The position numbers and the translations under genes are program-made. Source: Clostridia bacterium (lineage in GTDB: Bacteria; Bacillota; Peptococcia; DRI-13; PHAD01). From it: a stretch of DNA of 64,000 nucleotides. Location: positions 308 to 64,307 of the forward strand of contig JAVEYA010000002.1 of assembly GCA_034003745.1 (NCBI GenBank). Direction: 5' to 3'. The notes under the pieces are model-generated. The model searched no databases and was not told the origin of the DNA. It saw nothing but the letters and a program-made list of their open reading frames with translations. Below are positions 30,247 through 40,477 of this stretch, in pieces (position 1 is the first letter of the stretch; each line of letters starts with the position of its first letter).

Positions 30247-30460
30247 AGCCGGACAAAGCATTATCATCGGTGAAATTATCGAGGTCACCGTGGTGGAAGT
30301 CAGCGGAGAGCATGTTAAGCTCGCTGTGAAGGCGCCCCGGGAAGTACCCATCCACCGGAAAGAAATCTATGAGCAGATCCAGGCAGAGAACCGCGCGGCG
30401 GCCAGCCTGCCTGTGGAAATGAACGTGCAGGAGCTGCTGGATTTAGATAAGAAAAAATAA
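30227..30460 (+). CDS. csrA: carbon storage regulator CsrA
   Basis: MLALTRKAGQSIIIGE...VKLAVKAPREVPIHRKEIYEQIQAEN. ATG 30227 follows GGGAGGGAAGG. Confidence 0.9.
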   Translation: MLALTRKAGQSIIIGEIIEVTVVEVSGEHVKLAVKAPREVPIHRKEIYEQIQAENRAAASLPVEMNVQELLDLDKKK

Positions 30461-30472
30461 TTGGGAAAAGTA

Positions 30473-30500
30473 TAAAAAATATCCTAAATAATTCGATAAT
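30473..30500 (+). promoter_or_regulatory. sigma-D/sigma-28-type promoter of flagellin gene
   Basis: TAAA, 16 nt, TCGATAAT. Same architecture as the promoter at 25627-25654. Confidence 0.5.
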
Positions 30501-30577
30501 TATAGTAGGTAGCAATGCTTGCCGTCCCTTTTAGGCGCGGCCGAGCTAAAAGAGAGGACAAGCGTTCTATATAAAAA

Positions 30578-30609
30578 GCACATGGATGTGCGATGAAAAT
30601 TCAAGGAGG
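30578..30609 (+). promoter_or_regulatory. CsrA binding sites in flagellin leader (hairpin GGA + SD)
   Basis: GCACAT-GGA-TGTGC hairpin (30578-30591) presents GGA in its loop. AAGGAGG SD at 30603-30609. Confidence 0.6.
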
Positions 30610-30617
30610 AATAAAAA

Positions 30618-31982
30618 ATGAGAATTAATAACAACATCGCCGCGCTGAATGCGTGGAGAGGGCTGACCCAGACCGACGGCGCCCTGAGCAAATCCCTGGA
30701 GAAACTGAGTTCCGGCTTGAGAATCAACCGCGCTGGCGACGACGCTGCCGGCCTGGCCATCTCAGAAAAAATGCGCGCTCAGATCAAAGGCCTGAATATG
30801 GCTTCCAAGAACGCTCAGGACGGCATCTCCTTAATCCAGACCGCTGAAGGCGCTCTGAACGAAACCCACAGCATTCTCCAGAGAATGCGGGAACTGGCTG
30901 TCCAGTCCGCCAACGGCACCAATAGTGATGCCGACCGCGGCGAGTTGCAAAAGGAAGTTGCCCAGTTAATCAGTGAGATCGACAGAGTTTCCACCGACAC
31001 CGAATTCAACACCAAGAAACTCTTAAACGGCGATCTCGGAAAAACTTATACCATCACCGGCGGCGTCGGCGCACTCAGCGTTCCTTCCTATACCATTACA
31101 GGTTCGGATGTAACGACGGGAACTTACACTATGACTTTAGAGGCAGCCGGTACCGATACTTTCAACCTTACCACTAACACAGCCGCTACAGGTTTCGCCG
31201 CTGCCAACATTACTGCCGCTGCAAACAGTTATTATGGAGAGTATACTTTAAATGTAACTAATTTAAGCAGCGGCACAGCAGACTTTGAGCTTACTGGCCC
31301 CGACGGCACGGTTACTGTTATGAGCGGACAGGCTGCTGATGCCTCGTTAACTATCGGCGGAATTACCTTTGATTTTGGCGCGGCCACCCGCGACGTCGAC
31401 AACAATGGTACGATAGTTTTCAATTTAACCAGCAACGGCCTTAATTTCAGCTTGACCGGACCGACAAATGCGAATCCCGCAGCAATCGCTAGCTATGCTG
31501 GCGAAAAACTGAATGTAGGCGGATTTGAATTTATTGTCAGAACAGGTCATGGCGCTACTAACGATACCGATGTTATCGCCGTAACCGACAGAGCCATTCA
31601 GTTCCAAATTGGCGCTAACGCCAGACAGGCGACCAGTTTGTCCATCAATAAAATGAGTTCAGTAGAGCTGGGAATAAGCGCCATCAACATTAGTACGGAA
31701 ACCGGCGCGACGGCGGCCATCACTACGATCAACGATGCTGTGGAAAAGGTCTCCAGTGAACGCGCCAAGCTGGGCGCCATGCAGAACCGTCTCGAGCACA
31801 CCATCAACAACCTGGGTACTGCCGCTGAGAACCTGACCGCAGCCGAATCCCGGATCCGTGACGTGGATATGGCTTCCGAGATGATGGAATTCACCAAGAA
31901 GAACATCCTGGCCCAGGCGGGCACCGCCATGATGGCCCAGGCCAACATGCGTCCGCAATCGGTTCTCCAGCTTCTCCAGTAA
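30618..31982 (+). CDS. fliC: flagellin
   Basis: Conserved N ([16 protein letters not shown]...[23 protein letters not shown]) and C ([15 protein letters not shown]...[14 protein letters not shown]) domains around a T/G/A-rich variable core. Confidence 0.93.
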   Translation: MRINNNIAALNAWRGLTQTDGALSKSLEKLSSGLRINRAGDDAAGLAISEKMRAQIKGLNMASKNAQDGISLIQTAEGALNETHSILQRMRELAVQSANGTNSDADRGELQKEVAQLISEIDRVSTDTEFNTKKLLNGDLGKTYTITGGVGALSVPSYTITGSDVTTGTYTMTLEAAGTDTFNLTTNTAATGFAAANITAAANSYYGEYTLNVTNLSSGTADFELTGPDGTVTVMSGQAADASLTIGGITFDFGAATRDVDNNGTIVFNLTSNGLNFSLTGPTNANPAAIASYAGEKLNVGGFEFIVRTGHGATNDTDVIAVTDRAIQFQIGANARQATSLSINKMSSVELGISAINISTETGATAAITTINDAVEKVSSERAKLGAMQNRLEHTINNLGTAAENLTAAESRIRDVDMASEMMEFTKKNILAQAGTAMMAQANMRPQSVLQLLQ

Positions 31983-32003
31983 TCTTCTCCAACTTCTGTC
32001 TGA

Positions 32004-32037
32004 GAGGGCCGGTCGGCCGGCCGGCCCTTCTTCTTAT
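32004..32037 (+). terminator. flagellin terminator
   Basis: GAGGGCCGG-loop-CCGGCCCTT followed by CTTCTT. Confidence 0.65.
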
Positions 32038-32141
32038 ACTATCCGGCCATTGGCGTGTGTTGATGCTTCAGCGTCAGCAGACGCCGCTAGCCTATAGTCT
32101 TGAGGGATTCGGATTAAATATTTTTAAGAAGGTGATATGAA

Positions 32142-33692
32142 ATGGTCTCCAATATAAGACTGAGCGGCCTGGCTACGGGGATGGACACGGAGTCGCTGGT
32201 GCGCGATATGATGAAGATTGCCCGCATGCCCCTGGACAAGAAGCTGAAGACCAAGCAGACGCTGCAGTGGAAGCAGGAAGACTACCGCACGATGAATTTG
32301 AGTCTTTTGGCTTTGAAGAACAAGGCTTTCGATATGCGTCTGGAGTCTTCCTTTACTGCCAGGAAGATTACCTCGGGGAACCAGGATATTGTCACAGCTA
32401 CGGCCACAGGAGAAGCCATCAACGGGACATTTAACCTTAAAGTCGCCCAATTGGCGGAAGCGGCTTCCAATAAGACGGCCGGCGCCGTTTCCGCTAACGC
32501 CGGAAATAAGATCGATACCTCCGCCTCATTGCTCTCCCAAGCGTCCAAGTTTGCTGAGGCAGGCAGCTTCTTTGAGGGCAAAACCGTTGACGATACGTTT
32601 ACCGTATCGGTGCGTATTTCCGACACGGAAGTCAAGGACTTTACCTTCAGCTACGGGAACAGCCTGAAAACAATAATTCAGACGATCAATAATGATAAGA
32701 AAGCCGGCGTCACGCTCTTTTATGACGAAGGGGCCGCTCAGGATAAAGTGGTTGCCGCTTCCAAGGCCACCGGCAAAGACGCGGTTCTTGAACTGAATGG
32801 GGATTTCTTCAGCGTCCTGGGCCTGAATAATGCCAATAAGCAGGACGGGAAGAACGCCGTCTTCGAGCTGAACGGTCTGCAGACCGAGCGCGCCTCTAAT
32901 AACTTTACCATCAATGGCGTGAATTTCAGCCTCAAAGGCGTGACCGCCGGGGGCTTCGGCGGCGCTGCCACGGCCCTGACCGTGGAGACCGATGTGGATA
33001 CGATCTACAATAATATCAAGGGTTTTGTGGATCAATATAACGAAATAATCGACTTGCTGAATAAAGAGCTGAAGGAAGAAAAATTCCGTACTTACCAACC
33101 CCTTACGGACGAGGAAAAAGCAGCTTTAAGCGAGTCGGAAATCGAAAAATGGGAAGCTAAAGCCAGAAGCGGTCTGCTGCGCAGTGACGCTCTCCTCAGC
33201 CGGGCGGCCAGCGAGATCAGGATGACCATGGCCCAGACGGTTAAAGGACTGAGCGGGGTTAACTCTCTCCCGGCAATAGGCATTACCACTGCGAACTATT
33301 GGGAGGACCCCAACGGCAAACTGAAAATCAATGAGGATGACCTCAAGAAGGCCATTGCCGCCGATCCTGAGGGAGTGATGAAGCTTTTCAACAATGACAG
33401 CGAGGTCGCCAATGAGCAGGGATTGATGCGCCGTCTTTACAGCACCGTGGATAGCGCTATTAAGAATATTACGTCGGAAGCCGGTTCGGCGACGGCTCTG
33501 TATGACCAGTCTAATTTAAGCGAATCGGTGCGCCGCATTGATAAAGATATCGCTCGTTTGGAAGATAGATTGACCCAAATCGAAGAACGCTACTGGCGGC
33601 AATTCACCGCCATGGAAAGAGCCATTTCTACCATGAATCAGCAATCCAGCTGGTTGACGGCTCAATTAAGTGGCCTGACAGGTCAGCAGTAA
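32142..33692 (+). CDS. fliD: flagellar filament cap FliD
   Basis: N-terminus RLSGLATGMDTESLV. C-terminal cap domain with coiled-coil end. Confidence 0.9.
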   Translation: MVSNIRLSGLATGMDTESLVRDMMKIARMPLDKKLKTKQTLQWKQEDYRTMNLSLLALKNKAFDMRLESSFTARKITSGNQDIVTATATGEAINGTFNLKVAQLAEAASNKTAGAVSANAGNKIDTSASLLSQASKFAEAGSFFEGKTVDDTFTVSVRISDTEVKDFTFSYGNSLKTIIQTINNDKKAGVTLFYDEGAAQDKVVAASKATGKDAVLELNGDFFSVLGLNNANKQDGKNAVFELNGLQTERASNNFTINGVNFSLKGVTAGGFGGAATALTVETDVDTIYNNIKGFVDQYNEIIDLLNKELKEEKFRTYQPLTDEEKAALSESEIEKWEAKARSGLLRSDALLSRAASEIRMTMAQTVKGLSGVNSLPAIGITTANYWEDPNGKLKINEDDLKKAIAADPEGVMKLFNNDSEVANEQGLMRRLYSTVDSAIKNITSEAGSATALYDQSNLSESVRRIDKDIARLEDRLTQIEERYWRQFTAMERAISTMNQQSSWLTAQLSGLTGQQ

Positions 33693-33708
33693 AGGAGGTG
33701 TATCCGTT

Positions 33709-34113
33709 ATGAGTGATGTTAAATCCATCAGCCCGGCTGCTCCAACCCCAACGCTGAAACCGGCGGTGGAAGCCGGGAAGTCCCCTATGGCCGCCCCCAA
33801 GGAAGCTGTCTCCCAGGGTTATATACCGATACAGGGACAGGCTTCCGCGCAAACGCCTGCGCCCAAAGAGGCTGAGAGCAATAAAATAACGCGGGAAGAC
33901 GCCAACCAAATCGCCGAGGTGATGAACCAGGCCTCCCAGCTTCTGAATAATCAACTTAATTTTGAAGTATTTGAAGATACCAAACAGCTATACGTCCAGA
34001 TCGTGGATAAAAAGACACGGGAAGTCATCAAGCAGATTCCCCCTCAGGAAATGCTGGAGCTGTCGGCCAAGATACGGGAAATGGTCGGTATTATCTTAGA
34101 CAAATATGTTTGA
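33709..34113 (+). CDS. flaG: FlaG family protein
   Basis: C-terminal NFEVFEDTKQLYVQIVDKKTREVIKQIPPQEML. AAAGGAGG upstream. Confidence 0.8.
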   Translation: MSDVKSISPAAPTPTLKPAVEAGKSPMAAPKEAVSQGYIPIQGQASAQTPAPKEAESNKITREDANQIAEVMNQASQLLNNQLNFEVFEDTKQLYVQIVDKKTREVIKQIPPQEMLELSAKIREMVGIILDKYV

Positions 34114-34529
34114 CCAATATGTATAGTTCGGAAAGGATGACAAATATGGCACTGCCCCACCCCTATCAGCAATATCGCCAGCAGCAGGTCAACACCGCCT
34201 CGCCGGAAAAGTTGCTGTTAATGCTCTTTGACGGCGCCCTCCGTTTCGGCCGCATTGCCGTGAAATGCCTGCAGGAAAAACAGCAGGAGACAGCGCATTT
34301 AAATCTGCTGAAAACGCAGAATATCGTGGAAGAACTGATGGGTTCGCTGAATCATGATTATGAGATTGCGCAAAACCTCTATACCTTGTATGATTATATG
34401 CATAGACGCTTAATCGAGGCCAATATCAAAAAGGACCCCGCTATTGTCGAGGAAGTTCTGGGCTTGCTGGCCGAATTGCGGGAAACCTGGGCCGAGACGG
34501 CGCTGAAGTTGCATGAAGGAGCCGTGTAA
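34110..34529 (+). CDS. fliS: flagellin-specific chaperone FliS
   Basis: PYQQYRQQQVNTASPEKLLLMLFDGALRF. The exact start is uncertain (several in-frame ATGs up to 34146). Confidence 0.88.
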   Translation: MTNMYSSERMTNMALPHPYQQYRQQQVNTASPEKLLLMLFDGALRFGRIAVKCLQEKQQETAHLNLLKTQNIVEELMGSLNHDYEIAQNLYTLYDYMHRRLIEANIKKDPAIVEEVLGLLAELRETWAETALKLHEGAV

Positions 34530-34532
34530 GAT

Positions 34533-35036
34533 TTGCAGGACAGTATTATCCGGGCGAAGCTGACGCAGATCGCGGAAGGGTATCAGGAACAGCTGCCGCT
34601 CTATGAGGAAATGCTCCGGCTGTCTCAGGAGCAGGAAAGGTGCCTCCAGGCCGCCGAGGTGGATACGGACCATCTGGTGGCCTTAATTGGCGAGCGCCAG
34701 AAGCTGATCGAGCGGTTGGAAGGACTGCAGGGCCCTTTGCGAAAAACCAGGAGCGAAGTAACCGCTGCCCTGGGGTTGGAGGAATTCGCCGTAAGCGCGC
34801 TGACGCGGAAATTCCCGGATCCCGCTGCCAACCGGTTGGCGGAGATTATGGGGCAGTTTTTGGCGCTTTTAGGCCGCATTAAGGACCTGGATAAGACCAA
34901 CGAAGAGACCTTGCGCGCCCAAATCAAGGAAACCGCGACGCAACTGGAGCAGGTTCGCCAGGAAAAAAAGGCCAAAGAGGCGTACGAACCTAAAAACCCC
35001 CATAAGGACGGAATTTTTATCGATTTCTCCAAATAA
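34533..35036 (+). CDS. helical flagellar-cluster protein (FliT/FlgN-like by position)
   Basis: TTG start. All-helical 167 aa directly after fliS, where fliT lies in B. subtilis. Confidence 0.45.
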   Translation: MQDSIIRAKLTQIAEGYQEQLPLYEEMLRLSQEQERCLQAAEVDTDHLVALIGERQKLIERLEGLQGPLRKTRSEVTAALGLEEFAVSALTRKFPDPAANRLAEIMGQFLALLGRIKDLDKTNEETLRAQIKETATQLEQVRQEKKAKEAYEPKNPHKDGIFIDFSK

Positions 35037-35053
35037 AAAATTGCAGTAATAAA

Positions 35054-35082
35054 GGCCGGATGATCGCTTCATCCGGTCTTTT
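35054..35082 (+). terminator. terminator of fliD operon
   Basis: GGCCGGATGA-TCGC-TTCATCCGGTC followed by TTTT. Confidence 0.7.
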
Positions 35083-35384
35083 GATATATTTATGCAAATA
35101 TAAAATATAATTTTATTTTTGCATAAAATGACATGATAAAAAGCTTGTCGATTTTTCCAAACAACACGGATGCCTTTTATGCATAAAACACTAAGTCCTG
35201 CCTGATTTGCAGGGCTTTTTGCTTTTTTGGCGAGTCTTCCGTCAATATGTATAAATGAATACTATATTGTCATATTTTAATGTTTAAAGTGTCTAAAAAT
35301 GATGTGTTTCGACAGCGAATACCTGTCCAATCGAAAGTATAATTAATGACAATAATAGAAAATAATGGAGAACAGGAAAATGAA

Positions 35385-35446
35385 TCTATCCACATTTGTA
35401 CCCCTGATTAAATAACTTATCAACAGATATATCCACATTATCCACA
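35385..35446 (+). promoter_or_regulatory. cluster of four co-oriented DnaA-box-like 9-mers
   Basis: CTATCCACA (35386-35394), TTATCAACA (35417-35425), ATATCCACA (35429-35437), TTATCCACA (35438-35446, perfect consensus). Confidence 0.5.
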
Positions 35447-35583
35447 GAAAAAAGAGGGTTTGAAAATGTGTCAAACGGTGAAAAAACAGAAAATTATCAG
35501 AGAATTATGTGCGTGATACATGGACAAGCCGGATAAATGTGAACGAAATTGCGGTTATAGAAATGCCGTGATTATAGAAAAAT

Positions 35584-35612
35584 TTGACTAAATAAAGGCG
35601 TGGTGCTATAAT
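35584..35612 (+). promoter_or_regulatory. strong sigma-A promoter of csp
   Basis: TTGACT, 17 nt, TATAAT. Confidence 0.65.
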
Positions 35613-35661
35613 CAACAAGGTGGATTTTCCACTGTATTTATTTTTAGGAGGAATGTTTTTC

Positions 35662-35859
35662 ATGCAAGGTAAAGTAAAATGGTTCAACAAAGAAAAAGGG
35701 TACGGTTTTATTGAAAGAGAAGGCGGCGCGGATGTCTTTGTTCATTTTTCCGCTATTCAGCAAGACGGCTTCAAAACACTGCAGGAAGGAGAAACTGTTG
35801 AGTTTGAGATTGTAGAGGGCCCCAAAGGTTTTCAGGCCGCTAACGTAAGCAAACCCTAA
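35662..35859 (+). CDS. csp: cold-shock protein (CspA family)
   Basis: [12 protein letters not shown] (RNP1) and VFVHFS (RNP2). ATG 35662 follows AGGAGG (track start 35620 is unlikely). Confidence 0.93.
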   Translation: MQGKVKWFNKEKGYGFIEREGGADVFVHFSAIQQDGFKTLQEGETVEFEIVEGPKGFQAANVSKP

Positions 35860-35890
35860 GGGTACTTTAAAAAATATAATTGCGCAAAAG

Positions 35891-35915
35891 AAAGCCCTGA
35901 TCTGATCAGGGCTTT
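35891..35915 (+). terminator. csp terminator
   Basis: AAAGCCCTGATC-T-GATCAGGGCTTT perfect 12-bp stem. Confidence 0.6.
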
Positions 35916-36005
35916 AAATATACCCGGATTGCCCGAGAAGGGCAGGATTTTTTCCCGCCGAAGGGAATATTATATATAACATATTCTCGAGAAGGAGTGG
36001 ATGGC

Positions 36006-36539
36006 ATGAAATTCCAAATAAGAGGCAAGAACATTCAACTTAGTGAGGCTTTAAAGGAATATGTAGCCAAACGACTGGGCAAACTCGACAAATTTTTTGA
36101 AGGTGACCCTGAAGCCGTCGTCACGCTCAGCGTGGAGAGAGACCGCCATCGTGTGGAAGTAACCATGCCCATCAATGGATTCATCCTCCGGGGAGAAGAA
36201 GAAAACAGCGATATGTACGTCGCTATCGATTTGGTGGAGGAGAAGCTGGAAAAACAGGTGAGCAAGTACCGGACGCGCCTGTTCAACAAAAGGAATAAGG
36301 GACAAAGTCTACGCGGCCCCGTTGCCGGGGCGGATCCTTGCTATTATGAAGAAGAGCGTGAACCGGAAATCGTGCGGACCAAGCGTTTTGCCATCAAGCC
36401 GATGCCTGTGGAAGAAGCAATTATGCAGATGAATCTGTTGGGGCATAATTTCTATGTCTTCTCCAACGCGGAAACGGAAGAAGTGAATGTAATCTATAAG
36501 AGAAAAGACGGAAATTATGGTTTGATCGAGCCGGAATAA
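36006..36539 (+). CDS. hpf: ribosome hibernation promoting factor (long HPF / RaiA family)
   Basis: N-terminal S30AE-type domain (MKFQIRGKNIQLSEALKEYV) plus a C-terminal dimerisation domain. ATG 36006 lies 9 nt after GAAGGAG. Confidence 0.9.
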   Translation: MKFQIRGKNIQLSEALKEYVAKRLGKLDKFFEGDPEAVVTLSVERDRHRVEVTMPINGFILRGEEENSDMYVAIDLVEEKLEKQVSKYRTRLFNKRNKGQSLRGPVAGADPCYYEEEREPEIVRTKRFAIKPMPVEEAIMQMNLLGHNFYVFSNAETEEVNVIYKRKDGNYGLIEPE

Positions 36540-36540
36540 T

Positions 36541-36614
36541 TGTCATCCTGAGCCAAGCGAAGGATCTTTCTGCTGTAGGAAAGCTAAGATTCTTCGCTTG
36601 CGCTCAGAATGACA
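36541..36614 (+). repeat. palindromic repeat, copy 3 (full)
   Basis: TGTCATCCTGAGCCAAGCGAAGGATCTTT...AAGATTCTTCGCTTGCGCTCAGAATGACA. Starts 2 nt after the hpf stop. Confidence 0.85.
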
Positions 36615-36663
36615 GGGGAACGGTTCTTATAGTTTAAAATACAGGGAGAAGGTAAGTACAAAA

Positions 36664-39336
36664 ATGGTGTTGGGTTTTTTAAAGAGTATTCTGGATGAGA
36701 ATGTAAAGGAAGTAAAGCGCCTTTCGAAGAAAGTCGAAAAGATCAACGCTTTGGAATCTGAGATGCAGGCTTTGAGCGATGCGGAGCTGCAGGGAAAGAC
36801 GAATGCATTTAGAGAGCGACTGGACGCTGGGGAGAAGCTGGACGAAATCTTGCCGGAAGCTTTTGCGGTGGTGCGGGAAGCTTCCCGCCGGGTGCTGGGC
36901 ATGCGGCACTTCGATGTGCAGCTGATCGGCGGCATGGCCTTGCATGAAGGCAAGATTGCCGAGATGAAGACCGGCGAGGGCAAGACGCTGGTGGCTACGC
37001 TGCCGGCTTATTTGAACGCCCTTACCGGCCAGGGCGTGCATATCGTCACGGTTAACGATTACCTGGCCCGGCGCGACAGCGAGTGGATGGGCCAGATCTA
37101 CAAGTTCCTGGGTCTATCGGTAGGCCTGATCGTGCATGGGCTGGATTTTGACCAGCGCAAGAACGCCTATAATTCGGACATCACGTACGGCACCAACAAC
37201 GAATTCGGTTTCGACTATCTGCGCGATAATATGGTCATCCGCCCTGAGCACATGGTGCAGCGGGGGCTGCATTACGCCATCGTGGACGAAGTGGACAGTA
37301 TCCTCATCGACGAGGCGCGCACCCCTTTGATTATTTCGGGGGCAGGCAACAAGCCCAAGGATTTGTACCAGAAGGTGGCCAAGATTATCCCCCGGTTGAA
37401 GAATGAAGAGGATTATAAAGTCGATGAGAAGGCCCGTACCGTCGTGCTGACTGAGGAAGGCGTAGAAAAGGCGGAGAAGCTGCTGGGCGTGGAAAACCTC
37501 TATGACGATATCAATATCGAGCTTTCCCATCATGTCAACCAGGCCCTGCACGCCCACACGCTGATGAAGCGCGACGTCGATTACGTGGTCAAGGACGGCG
37601 AGATCATCATCGTAGACGAATTCACGGGCCGCCTGATGTTTGGCCGCCGCTACAGCGAAGGCCTGCACCAGGCCATTGAGGCCAAGGAAGGCGTCAAGAT
37701 CGAGAAGGAATCTCAGACGTTGGCTACGATCACTTTCCAGAACTATTTCCGTATGTTCGGGAAGCTGGCCGGCATGACCGGTACAGCTGTGACGGAAGAG
37801 GAAGAATTCCGGAAGATTTATAAGCTGGACGTCATCGTCATCCCTACTAATATGCCCATGGTCCGGGATGATTTGCCGGATGCCGTCTACCGCACGGAAC
37901 AGGGCAAATTTCAGGCGGCGGTGGAAGAGATTGCCGAGCGCCACGCCGAAGGGCAGCCGGTTCTGGTCGGCACCATTTCCATTGAGAAATCGGAGCTCTT
38001 ATCCAAGCTCCTCACGCTAAAAGGCGTCAAGCATCAGGTCTTAAACGCCAAGTTCCACGACCTGGAAGCGCAGATTGTGGCACAGGCCGGGAGAAAAGGC
38101 GCAATCACGGTTTCCACCAACATGGCCGGCCGCGGCACCGACATCATTTTAGGCGGCAACCCCGGTTATATGGCCCGGCAGGAAATGCTCGCCCAGGGCT
38201 TCCCTTCCGAATTGATCGAAGAGGCTGCCGGAAACAATGTGACGGAAGACCCGGATGTTTTGAGATTACGGGAGCATTACCGCAAGATTTATGAGGAAAA
38301 GAAAAAAGAAACCGACGCCGAACACGAAGAGGTCGTAGCTGTGGGCGGCTTGCATATTATCGGAACGGAGCGCCATGAAAGCCGGCGCATCGATAACCAG
38401 CTGCGCGGCCGGGCAGGCCGCCAGGGCGATCCCGGGGCCTCCCGCTTCTTCATCTCGCTGGAAGATGACCTCATGCGCCTGTTCGGCTCGGAAAATATTA
38501 TGGGCCTGATGGACAAACTGGGGATGGACGATACCATACCCATCGAGAACGGGATGATTTCCCGGGCGATTGAGACAGCCCAGCGCCGCGTGGAAAGCCG
38601 CAACTTCGATATAAGAAAGCATGTGCTGGAATACGACGATGTGATGAACCAGCAGCGTGAAATCATTTATGCCCAGCGTCGCAAAGTACTCATGGGCGAA
38701 AATATGCAGGATTCTGTGCTGGAGATGATTGAGAAGACGGTCGCCCGTACGATCAATACCTTTGCCGGCGGCAGCAAATACCCCGAGGAATGGGATAATG
38801 CGAGCCTTTTGGAACAGGCCCACAAGCTCTTTTTGCCCCAACTGGAGATTACGGCGGAACAGCTGGCCAATATGGAAGCTGACGAGGTGCGGGAGCTCTT
38901 GTTAGAGGAGGCTATGCAGCAATACCGGCAAAAAGAAGCCGAGATGGGGACGGAGCATTTACGGGAATTGGAGCGTATCGTCACCCTGCGTGTGGTGGAC
39001 GGCAAGTGGATGGGGCATCTGGACGCCATGGACCAGCTGCGCCACGGTATCGGCCTCAGGGCATACGGGCAGCGGGATCCGCTGATTGAATACAAGCATG
39101 AAGCCTATGAAATGTTTAATATGATGATTGAAGAGATTCAGGAAGATATCGTCCGCTATGTTTACCATGTGACTTTTGTGGAGAAGCCCAAGGAAGAAAG
39201 AAAAGATATGGTGGAAAACCGCGGTGCGGAAGAAGTCAAAAAGACCCCGGCTACCAGCAGCAAGGTAGTCGGCCGCAATGACCCTTGCCCCTGCGGCAGC
39301 GGCAAGAAATACAAGAAATGCTGCGGGAAAGAATAG
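36664..39336 (+). CDS. secA: preprotein translocase ATPase SecA
   Basis: 890 aa. [20 protein letters not shown] Walker A. C-terminal zinc finger [14 protein letters not shown]. Confidence 0.96.
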   Translation: MVLGFLKSILDENVKEVKRLSKKVEKINALESEMQALSDAELQGKTNAFRERLDAGEKLDEILPEAFAVVREASRRVLGMRHFDVQLIGGMALHEGKIAEMKTGEGKTLVATLPAYLNALTGQGVHIVTVNDYLARRDSEWMGQIYKFLGLSVGLIVHGLDFDQRKNAYNSDITYGTNNEFGFDYLRDNMVIRPEHMVQRGLHYAIVDEVDSILIDEARTPLIISGAGNKPKDLYQKVAKIIPRLKNEEDYKVDEKARTVVLTEEGVEKAEKLLGVENLYDDINIELSHHVNQALHAHTLMKRDVDYVVKDGEIIIVDEFTGRLMFGRRYSEGLHQAIEAKEGVKIEKESQTLATITFQNYFRMFGKLAGMTGTAVTEEEEFRKIYKLDVIVIPTNMPMVRDDLPDAVYRTEQGKFQAAVEEIAERHAEGQPVLVGTISIEKSELLSKLLTLKGVKHQVLNAKFHDLEAQIVAQAGRKGAITVSTNMAGRGTDIILGGNPGYMARQEMLAQGFPSELIEEAAGNNVTEDPDVLRLREHYRKIYEEKKKETDAEHEEVVAVGGLHIIGTERHESRRIDNQLRGRAGRQGDPGASRFFISLEDDLMRLFGSENIMGLMDKLGMDDTIPIENGMISRAIETAQRRVESRNFDIRKHVLEYDDVMNQQREIIYAQRRKVLMGENMQDSVLEMIEKTVARTINTFAGGSKYPEEWDNASLLEQAHKLFLPQLEITAEQLANMEADEVRELLLEEAMQQYRQKEAEMGTEHLRELERIVTLRVVDGKWMGHLDAMDQLRHGIGLRAYGQRDPLIEYKHEAYEMFNMMIEEIQEDIVRYVYHVTFVEKPKEERKDMVENRGAEEVKKTPATSSKVVGRNDPCPCGSGKKYKKCCGKE

Positions 39337-39347
39337 GAGGAAGCATT

Positions 39348-40455
39348 TTGTCGGCAGAATTGAAGCGTGAACTGGAAAAAGCCAAAAAGAGAATTGAAGA
39401 ATTAAGGGGGTCCCTTTGACTTACCGGCCAAGGAACGGGAACTGGGGGAATTAGAAGAGCTGATGTCGCAACCCGGTTTCTGGGATGAGCTGGAGAAGGC
39501 CCAGGCCATGGGACAGAAGAGCAGCGCCCTTCGAAACAGCCTGGAGGAATTCGCCGGACTGCAGCAGAAGTATGAAGACGGCGAGGTTCTTTGTGAACTG
39601 GCCGAGGAAGGGGAGGAATACCGGCAGGAACTCGCGGATACGGTGGCCCAATTGACCGCCGATCTGGACAAGATGGAACTGCGGCTTCTTTTCAGCGATA
39701 AATACGACGCGTCCAACGCCATTATCTCCCTGCATCCGGGGGCCGGCGGCACCGAGTCCCAGGACTGGACGGAAATGCTCCTTAGAATGTATAGCCGCTG
39801 GGCTGAAAATAAAGGCTTTGCGGTGGAAACCCTGGATTATTTGCCCGGTGACGAAGCGGGCGTAAAAAGCGTTACTTTACTGATTAAAGGAGAAAATGCC
39901 TACGGCTGCCTGAAAGCGGAAAAAGGGGTGCACCGCTTGGTGCGCATTTCACCCTTCGATGCATCCGGACGGCGCCATACTTCTTTTTCCGCCGTGGATG
40001 TGCTGCCGGAAGTCAGCGATGAGGACGCCGGGGAGATAGAACTGGATTATGAGGAAATCCGGGTGGATACTTTCCGCGCCGGGGGCGCCGGGGGTCAGCA
40101 TATCAACAAGACGGAATCGGCGGTGCGAATGACCCATTTGCCCACCGGCATTGTGGTCTCTTGCCAGAATGAGCGCTCGCAGATCCAGAACCGGGCGGCC
40201 TGCGAAAAAATTCTCAAAGCCAGGCTCCTGGAGCGTCGGCGGGCCGAACAGGACGCGGAGATCAACAATATCCGGGGCGAGCAGCAGGATATCGCCTGGG
40301 GCAGTCAGATCCGCTCCTATGTCTTTCACCCGTACAATATGGTCAAGGACCACCGCACCAATACGGAGACAGGCAATGTCTACGGGGTGATGGACGGCGA
40401 TCTGGACCCTTTTATTGACGCGTATCTGCGTCATCTGGCCGGCCAGGATAAATAA
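39348..40455 (+). CDS. prfB: peptide chain release factor 2 (programmed +1 frameshift at 39414-39420)
   Basis: Frame 0 runs from TTG 39348 (after AGGAGG) to CTT TGA (39414-39419), with AGGGGG upstream. The +1 frame continues to 40455 and carries SPF and GGQ motifs. Confidence 0.9.
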
Positions 40456-40477
40456 AGCGGGCAGGCAGAACATGCGC

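Noticed and set aside
35860-36005. Search for the raiA-motif ncRNA, which typically lies between comFC and raiA/hpf in Bacillota.
   Set aside because: Here comFC and hpf are separated by the flagellar block. The comFC-yvyF gap is 47 nt. The csp-hpf gap (146 nt) is mostly terminator plus SD. The large gap upstream of csp is AT-rich and unstructured. I cannot recognise the motif by eye, so only cmscan (Rfam raiA model) could settle it.
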